From positions 1 to 42,334 of the forward strand of contig CACYBL010000053.1 of NCBI GenBank assembly GCA_902772695.1: a DNA stretch of 42,334 nt. Direction: 5' to 3'. Made by a program: the position numbers and the translations under genes. The notes beneath the pieces are model-generated. The model saw only the letters and a program-made list of their open reading frames with translations. It was not told the origin of the DNA and made no database searches. This stretch comes from an uncultured Elusimicrobium sp. (GTDB lineage Bacteria; Elusimicrobiota; Elusimicrobia; Elusimicrobiales; Elusimicrobiaceae). Numbering within the stretch: position 1 is the first letter of the stretch; each line of letters starts with the position of its first letter. Below are positions 36,701 through 42,334 of this stretch, piece by piece.

Positions 36701-37755
36701 ACTAAGTTCTCTTCGTATTCGTGAATTTGTTGTACGGTAAACGCACGCATATCGTGGTTTCCTTCATAAAATTTCTTGTACCACGCCACAGTTTTAGCAA
36801 TGGCTTCTTGGGCCGTGTAAGAAGGTTTCCAACCAAGCACTTGAGCGGCTTTAGTGATATCCAGCATGAGCAAATTGGCTTCATGCAAATTGTCACGTTT
36901 GTGTACTTTGACGGTGCCCTTCCCGTATGCTTGTACTACTTGCTGAGCGACTTCGGCCACGGTAAGTACGCTTTGAGGATTAGGCCCTAAATTAAAACCT
37001 TCGGCATATTTATTGCCTTGGGTATAGAGTAAATGCCCCAATAACAGATAACCAGATAAGGGTTCCAATACATGTTGCCACGGACGGGTAGCCGCCGGAT
37101 TGCGGATTTCAATTTCTTGCCCGGCTTCTATAGCGCGGATACAATCCGGTATTAAACGGTCTGCAGCCCAATCTCCTCCGCCAATGACATTGCCGGCCCT
37201 GGCAGTAGCTAAAGAATAGCCACCATCTTGTAAAAAAGAGCGGCGGAAGGAAGCCGATAAAATTTCCACACACCCCTTGGAAGAAGAATACATATCGTAT
37301 CCACCCATGGGGTCGTCTTCCTTATATCCGCGGGCGACTTCTTTGTTTTCATAACATTTATCGGTAGTAATATTTACAAAAGCTTTCACGCTGGGAGTTT
37401 CTCGGGCGGCTTCCAACACATAAAGAGAACCCATTACATTTGTTTCATAGGTGCGAACGGGTTCGGTATAAGATAATCGTACAAGGGGCTGAGCAGCCAA
37501 ATGGAAAACAATTTCCGGTTGAAACTCCTGAAAAGTCTTTTCCAAATTCTTTCTGTCCAGAATATCCCCGATTACACTGGTAATTTGGTTGGACAATTGC
37601 GTGGCATTGAATAACGAAGGAGTTGTGTTGGGGGATAGCGCATATCCGCATACCTCTGCTCCCAATTCCTTAAGCCACAAGGCAAGCCACCCTCCCTTAA
37701 ATCCAGTATGTCCGGTAAGTAATACGCGTTTGCCTTGATAGGTTTTACGCCACAT
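36685..37755 (-). CDS. rfbG: CDP-glucose 4,6-dehydratase
   Basis: TGHTGFKG-x-W, HLAAQPLV, TTDKCYEN, YSSSK, RAGNVIGGGDW, RPWQHVLEPL. Confidence 0.96.
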   Translation of the reverse strand: MWRKTYQGKRVLLTGHTGFKGGWLALWLKELGAEVCGYALSPNTTPSLFNATQLSNQITSVIGDILDRKNLEKTFQEFQPEIVFHLAAQPLVRLSYTEPVRTYETNVMGSLYVLEAARETPSVKAFVNITTDKCYENKEVARGYKEDDPMGGYDMYSSSKGCVEILSASFRRSFLQDGGYSLATARAGNVIGGGDWAADRLIPDCIRAIEAGQEIEIRNPAATRPWQHVLEPLSGYLLLGHLLYTQGNKYAEGFNLGPNPQSVLTVAEVAQQVVQAYGKGTVKVHKRDNLHEANLLMLDITKAAQVLGWKPSYTAQEAIAKTVAWYKKFYEGNHDMRAFTVQQIHEYEENLVWKKN

Positions 37756-37758
37756 AAG

Positions 37759-38538
37759 TTAGTTCTCCCATTTTTTCCACGGAGCTTGACCGCTTTCCCA
37801 CAAATCGGTTAATTGGTGTTTGTCTTTCAGCGTGTCCATCGGTTGCCAAAAACCATCATGTTTGTATGCATGCAGTTGTCCTTCCCGGGCCAGTGTTTCT
37901 AACGGAGTCCGTTCAAAAATAACGTCATCTCCGTTTCCAATATAATTCATTACTTCCGGTTGGCATACAAAAAAGCCGCCGTTAATCCAGGCACCGTCCC
38001 CTTTCGGTTTTTCCATAAAAGAGGTAATAGTGTTTTTCCCATCAATCACGAGTGCACCGAAACGCCCGGATGGTTTCACGGCGGTCATAGTCATTAATTT
38101 TCCTGAATTTTTATGGTCTTTGATCAAGGCGGAGATGTCAATATCGCTCACTCCGTCTCCATACGTAAGTAAGAAAGGTTCGTTGTTTATGTATGGAAGG
38201 GCTTTTTTGATGCGCCCCCCCGTCATGGTATTTTGCCCGGTGTAGAGCATAGTCACCCTCCAAGGTTCTTGGCGGGTTTTGTGGACTGTGACCGAATTGT
38301 TAACCATATCTACCGTAATATCGGAATAACGTTGGTAATAGTTAACAAAATATTCTTTGATAATATGAGATTTGTATCCTGTGAGGATGATAAAATCGTT
38401 GAAACCATAGTAAGAATAGATTTTCATGATATGCCACAAGATAGGATACCCGCCGATTTCCACCATCGGTTTAGGTTTCAAAACAGTTTCTTCGCTTAAG
38501 CGAGAGCCTAGCCCGCCGGCAAGTAACAGTACTTTCAT
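37759..38538 (-). CDS. rfbF: Glucose-1-phosphate cytidylyltransferase
   Basis: LAGGLGSRLSEET-xx-KPKPMVEIG, MTGGRI, TYGDG, WINGGFF, FWQPMDTLKD, APWKKW. Confidence 0.96.
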   Translation of the reverse strand: MKVLLLAGGLGSRLSEETVLKPKPMVEIGGYPILWHIMKIYSYYGFNDFIILTGYKSHIIKEYFVNYYQRYSDITVDMVNNSVTVHKTRQEPWRVTMLYTGQNTMTGGRIKKALPYINNEPFLLTYGDGVSDIDISALIKDHKNSGKLMTMTAVKPSGRFGALVIDGKNTITSFMEKPKGDGAWINGGFFVCQPEVMNYIGNGDDVIFERTPLETLAREGQLHAYKHDGFWQPMDTLKDKHQLTDLWESGQAPWKKWEN

Positions 38539-38690
38539 AAACGGCCTCCATGGTAGGTGGTGTTGGACGGTTCTAATACGTTGGACCGTTTTCTCCCCTC
38601 TTAAGAACTATCATAACATATTTACATAGGGAAAGGGGAACCATTGGTCACCGGCAAGGAAATAAAAATGATTACTTTAAGAAGATGATA

Positions 38691-39653
38691 TTATAAAATT
38701 GGGGAGCTATTGATTGTCGCTCCGATATGCAACTTGTTCTCTAAATTGAGTAATAAATACCCCATGTTTGGGAAAGAGTCATTCCCGATACGTTCCCAAT
38801 CAGATACATATCCGCGCCGCGAAGCTTGAAGAAGAGAAGAAGAATCTGAAAGAAGTACAAAACCGATGGCGTCTGCTATTTCCGGGAAAGATTGTTTAAT
38901 CAGTTGTTTGGCATCAGCATCTGTTTCATATCTACCGATAGCTCCATCCGTAATTACATAATGAGGTCGTTGGTTTCTATATTTTAGACCCTGGACATGT
39001 CGCTCCAATTCAGATAAATCATAAGCTACAAGTATATGAGAGGTGTAAGGCATCAGTTGAGCGCGTATCTGAGCAACAATTTCAGGATCGTCATTGATGA
39101 CTAAAACTATCAAATTATGTAGAGAATCTGTGTTTTGAGGAGGGGTGAAATCTGCCGCCTGAAATGGCCAACGAGTATAATCCAAAGAGATCTCTGCCCA
39201 TATTTCGGGCCATCGTAAACGGGCAGCTAGGGAGCGTGTTGTAAGAGCTTTTTTCAGATCGGTTGTGATATCTGCCGGGAAGCGGGAATCTTTTTCAAGT
39301 TGACAAAGTAAGTCAAAAAGTTGGCCTTCCATGGAGGAAGAAACCATGGGAGACCTTGCGAGCGAAGATACTTCTTCCGAGAAGAATTTGTGAACAAGGA
39401 AAGGGGGTTTGCCGGAAATATATGCTTGATTGGCGCGGGATGGAGAAGAAAACCGGGCAATAGCATTGGTGCGCGCTGTTGCGGCAAGCCGTGTGAATAC
39501 GGCATCTGCCATGGGGAAAGTCTCTCCGACAAAGGCAGTACATGCGGGTTTTACAGTTGCCGGAGGAATTTTCCCACAATAGAAACCCTGAGCAAGGATA
39601 AATGAATTCTCTGCCAAGACAAGTAATAAAAAACAGACAAATACTTTTTTCAT
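38691..39653 (-). CDS. Hypothetical exported protein with C-terminal receiver-like region
   Basis: Signal peptide MKKVFVCFLLLVLA. IVLVINDD...HYVITDG...FVLLS resembles REC beta1, beta3 and beta4. Confidence 0.65.
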   Translation of the reverse strand: MKKVFVCFLLLVLAENSFILAQGFYCGKIPPATVKPACTAFVGETFPMADAVFTRLAATARTNAIARFSSPSRANQAYISGKPPFLVHKFFSEEVSSLARSPMVSSSMEGQLFDLLCQLEKDSRFPADITTDLKKALTTRSLAARLRWPEIWAEISLDYTRWPFQAADFTPPQNTDSLHNLIVLVINDDPEIVAQIRAQLMPYTSHILVAYDLSELERHVQGLKYRNQRPHYVITDGAIGRYETDADAKQLIKQSFPEIADAIGFVLLSDSSSLLQASRRGYVSDWERIGNDSFPNMGYLLLNLENKLHIGATINSSPIL

Positions 39654-39797
39654 ATGAATACTGTACACCATAAGTATATCGTACTTGGCTTGTTTTTTCC
39701 AGGGTCAAAAGGCCCAAGGAAGCGGTACATTAGGGCCTAGAAATACATGAGCCGATGAAAAAAGAAGTGATCATATTGTCAGGGGTTCTTTTCTGCC

Positions 39798-40358
39798 TTA
39801 CTGCCGTGGAGGATTTAGGCCTTCTCTCACGCTAGCGCACAGCTTGGTACAAAAAGCATCGGTACTACTCACGCACGAGCAACCCCATCTGCCGGCTACA
39901 CTTTCGTAGTAACCGCCTTCCGGTTGGTGTTCAAACATCTTTCTGAGCCGTATATCTTGATTATCTCCGCAAGGTTGCGAGCCGTCATAGCAATACAAAA
40001 TTCCCACGCCTGCCGGATTTCCGCCCATTGCCTCACTGGTTCCATCTCCAAAAAGTGTCAACGTAACATGGTTGCTACAATTTAGCCGCCAATCGTGTTC
40101 CGGGTCAACTTTACACTCCGAAGGAAAAGCTATATCCAACCCATCCCGGTCAGTCATCCGGGTATATTCGTTGTTTACCAGATAATACAATTCCTCGGCC
40201 TCAGCCAACGCCCGAATAGTGGGCAGGTAAGCTCTCATGCGTGCTTTATGCACTGCCTTCTTGTATTGTGGCACCGCAATAGATGCCAAAATGCCGATAA
40301 TTAAAACAACCACCAATAATTCTATAAGCGTGAACCCGCGCATGAAAGTATGTTTCAT
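39798..40358 (-). CDS. Type IV prepilin (PilE-like), 8 Cys
   Basis: RG|FTLIELLVVVLIIGILASIAVPQY; SD AAGGA. Confidence 0.92.
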   Translation of the reverse strand: MKHTFMRGFTLIELLVVVLIIGILASIAVPQYKKAVHKARMRAYLPTIRALAEAEELYYLVNNEYTRMTDRDGLDIAFPSECKVDPEHDWRLNCSNHVTLTLFGDGTSEAMGGNPAGVGILYCYDGSQPCGDNQDIRLRKMFEHQPEGGYYESVAGRWGCSCVSSTDAFCTKLCASVREGLNPPRQ

Positions 40359-40389
40359 AAAGTTATTTCCTTTTTAAAATCTTTCATTT

Positions 40390-40944
40390 CTACTGCCGGG
40401 GAGGATTTAAGTCTTGTCCTACGCTAACACACAGTTTCTTACAAAAGGTATTGTTACTGTCTCTACAACTACATCGCCACCTACCCTCGCTCCCAGCAAG
40501 GGCACTTCCCTCGTATTGATGTTCAAATACTTTCATAAATTGCAAATCGTCACGTTCGCAAGGTCGCGAACCATCAAGGCAGTATAACATACCCACAGCA
40601 ATAGAAGCACCCGGATAGGGCCCACTGGGATCCCCAAAAGTAACCAAAGTAACATGGTTATTACAACTCAATCTGTTAGTATTGGAAGGAAGGGGCTGAC
40701 ACTCCTTCGGGAAACTGAAATCCAGTTCTTCTTTTCTCTCAACACCGACATAAGTATTATTTGCTAAATAATGCAATTCTTCCGCATCAGCCAAAGCCCG
40801 AACCGTGGATAGATAGGAGCGAATACGGGACTTGTGCACGGCCATCTTGTACTGCGGCACCGCAATGGATGCCAATATGCCGATGATTAAAACGACTACC
40901 AATAGTTCAATAAGCGTGAACCCGCGCGTAAATGTGGGTTTCAT
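40390..40944 (-). CDS. Type IV prepilin (PilE-like), 8 Cys; paralog of 39798-40358
   Basis: RG|FTLIELLVVVLIIGILASIAVPQY; SD GGAG; shared LNPPRQ end. Confidence 0.92.
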   Translation of the reverse strand: MKPTFTRGFTLIELLVVVLIIGILASIAVPQYKMAVHKSRIRSYLSTVRALADAEELHYLANNTYVGVERKEELDFSFPKECQPLPSNTNRLSCNNHVTLVTFGDPSGPYPGASIAVGMLYCLDGSRPCERDDLQFMKVFEHQYEGSALAGSEGRWRCSCRDSNNTFCKKLCVSVGQDLNPPRQ

Positions 40945-40988
40945 AAAATCTCCAAATATCTAAATATTTAATTTTGCTGTCATTCTAT

Positions 40989-41017
40989 AGTATAAAAGAA
41001 GGGGGGAAAATTGTCAA
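40989..41017 (-). promoter_or_regulatory. Sigma70-type promoter for the tandem pilins
   Basis: Minus strand TTGACA (41017-41012), 17-nt spacer, TATACT (40994-40989). Confidence 0.72.
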
Positions 41018-41134
41018 TGACGCGATGATAGGCAAAGGATATTGATTGCTGTGGAAAACAACGAAAGCATACTTCAAGGGGCAGAATGTACAACTCCGGA
41101 ATTCCGCCCTCCCTTATTTATAGCACCCAGGTTA

Positions 41135-41875
41135 TTATTTCCGTTTCGATTTAAGAGCCGTTCTGAGCAATTGATCTAATTGTTTTTGTTGGGTAGTTTC
41201 TATCTGGGCAGCCCCTTTTTTAAATGCTTGAAAAGAAGAACTTTTATTTGCCAAGTTTTTCAATTTTTTTTCATTTGTGTCAATTAAGGCCATCGCTTGG
41301 GCAACAACTTTATTGTTAAACATAGCAACGATAGATCCCAACGTTTGGGCATTATCATCTTTCACGCGTTCCAGGTATTTCTGCATTTGGGACAGATCCT
41401 TTTTAGAAGCGATGCCGGTTAATTCTTCTTCCTCAGTCGTGATAGACATAACATAGGGTTCTTGCGCAGTCTGTTTGGCGGCAGGACGTTTCTTTTGATG
41501 CTTGGGCAGCACTCGGTCAATAGCGCGGAACATTTCTTCCGTATAGCAGCTGGCTTCCACCTTGGTTTTCCCGATAAACAAATTAGGAGTGGCGTCAATG
41601 TTGTACTTGCGGGACAACCGGTCACCTTCGGGAGTATGTACTTCGTATTCTTTTAATAACAGTTTGCCTTCATATCTTTCTCGGAATCGCTTGCTAAATT
41701 GTTCTTGTTTTAAGTTAATGCAGCAGCCGCAGGAATTGGAGACAAATAACACCGCTTCTGTTGTATCTGTGGCCTCTTGCTCAGCGGAAACGGCGAAAGA
41801 AACAGCTCTAGCCGTTACAAAAGAACCTATTGCAATGCAGATCAACAGAATTTTTATAAAGAAAAATTTTTTCAT
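41135..41875 (-). CDS. Exported thioredoxin-fold protein (CGCC motif) with helical C-terminal domain
   Basis: Signal/TM N-terminus; VLFVSNSCGCC; KYNIDATPNLFIG cis-Pro loop; SD GAGGGG. Confidence 0.75.
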   Translation of the reverse strand: MKKFFFIKILLICIAIGSFVTARAVSFAVSAEQEATDTTEAVLFVSNSCGCCINLKQEQFSKRFRERYEGKLLLKEYEVHTPEGDRLSRKYNIDATPNLFIGKTKVEASCYTEEMFRAIDRVLPKHQKKRPAAKQTAQEPYVMSITTEEEELTGIASKKDLSQMQKYLERVKDDNAQTLGSIVAMFNNKVVAQAMALIDTNEKKLKNLANKSSSFQAFKKGAAQIETTQQKQLDQLLRTALKSKRK

Positions 41876-42250
41876 CCCAAACCCCTCTTCGTATTACATT
41901 GTTATTTAATATTAAGGTAATAAATTTTCAATTTTCATGTCAATAATACCGTCCATCCATCGGAACCACAGTAATAGATTTATTAGGTTGGGATTTAATC
42001 TAAGTAATTAATTCTTTTTCTTTACCAACGTATATAAATCTGGAGGAAGAAGCCGTTGCCAAAGCCACTACAATCTTGAAACACGGTTATTATCTGTTAT
42101 GCGATTCGGCACATCGGATAGAATAGGATTTTCTTCTTTAAAACGAGGGTCACGCAACGGAGAATTTTGTGGGGCAATATGTAAAAAGGGACAAAAGCCC
42201 TAGAAATTGCTAGGTGATTTAAACTGGAAAATGCTGCGATGGAAATAAAA

Positions 42251-42328
42251 TGGGGTGGATGACGAGATTTGAACCCGCGACCTCCGGTTCCACAGACCGG
42301 CGCTCTAACCAGCTGAGCTACATCCACC
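42251..42328 (-). tRNA. tRNA-His (GTG) with encoded G-1 and CCA
   Basis: Minus strand G-GTGGATG-TAGCTCAGCTGGTTAGAGC-G-CCGGT-CTGTGGA-ACCGG-AGGTC-GCGGG-TTCAAAT-CTCGT-CATCCAC-C-CCA folds as a cloverleaf. Confidence 0.97.
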
Positions 42329-42334
42329 ATAAAT

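Noticed and set aside
41001-41006. G6 tract in the pilin promoter spacer as a phase-variation switch
   Set aside because: Six bases is short for frequent slippage. It would need read-level length polymorphism as support.
42097-42330. 77-aa minus-strand ORF
   Set aside because: It is a spurious translation through the tRNA-His gene.
1-42334. CRISPR array, IS element, integrase, DGR/retron or defence system
   Set aside because: I saw no spaced direct repeats and no transposase, recombinase, reverse transcriptase or nuclease motifs by eye. Short or degenerate repeats could have been missed without a self-alignment.

Overview
A bacterial chromosomal window, gene-dense, with no CRISPR array, integrase or transposase that I can see. 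Three PilE-like prepilins, a group B [FeFe]-hydrogenase and outer-membrane proteins suggest an anaerobic diderm, plausibly Elusimicrobiota (inference only). In order: 3' end of rpsI; TRL-like lipoprotein; [FeFe]-hydrogenase; RND efflux trio; purB, short archaeal-type purA and a HAD gene; CNNM/CBS transporter and GtrB-like GT2; long-form NadE whose glutaminase Cys is replaced by Gly; deoB; a c-di-GMP phosphodiesterase with a probable ATT start; an OMP / sensorless HK / hypothetical / AI-2E operon; a purple-acid-phosphatase-like pseudoenzyme; pilin; rlmB, pfkA, ispH; a tightly coupled 9-gene sugar operon; a secreted REC-like protein; two tandem 8-Cys pilins; a CGCC thioredoxin-fold protein; tRNA-His. 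The best candidate for an undescribed system is the 9-gene operon at 28475-38538. It joins CDP-3,6-dideoxyhexose genes (rfbFGH) and a YerE-like ThDP enzyme to a NeuB-like synthase, an FGGY kinase, an AroB-like sugar-phosphate cyclase and two reductases. This suggests a route to a long-chain C4-branched or carbocyclic surface sugar.
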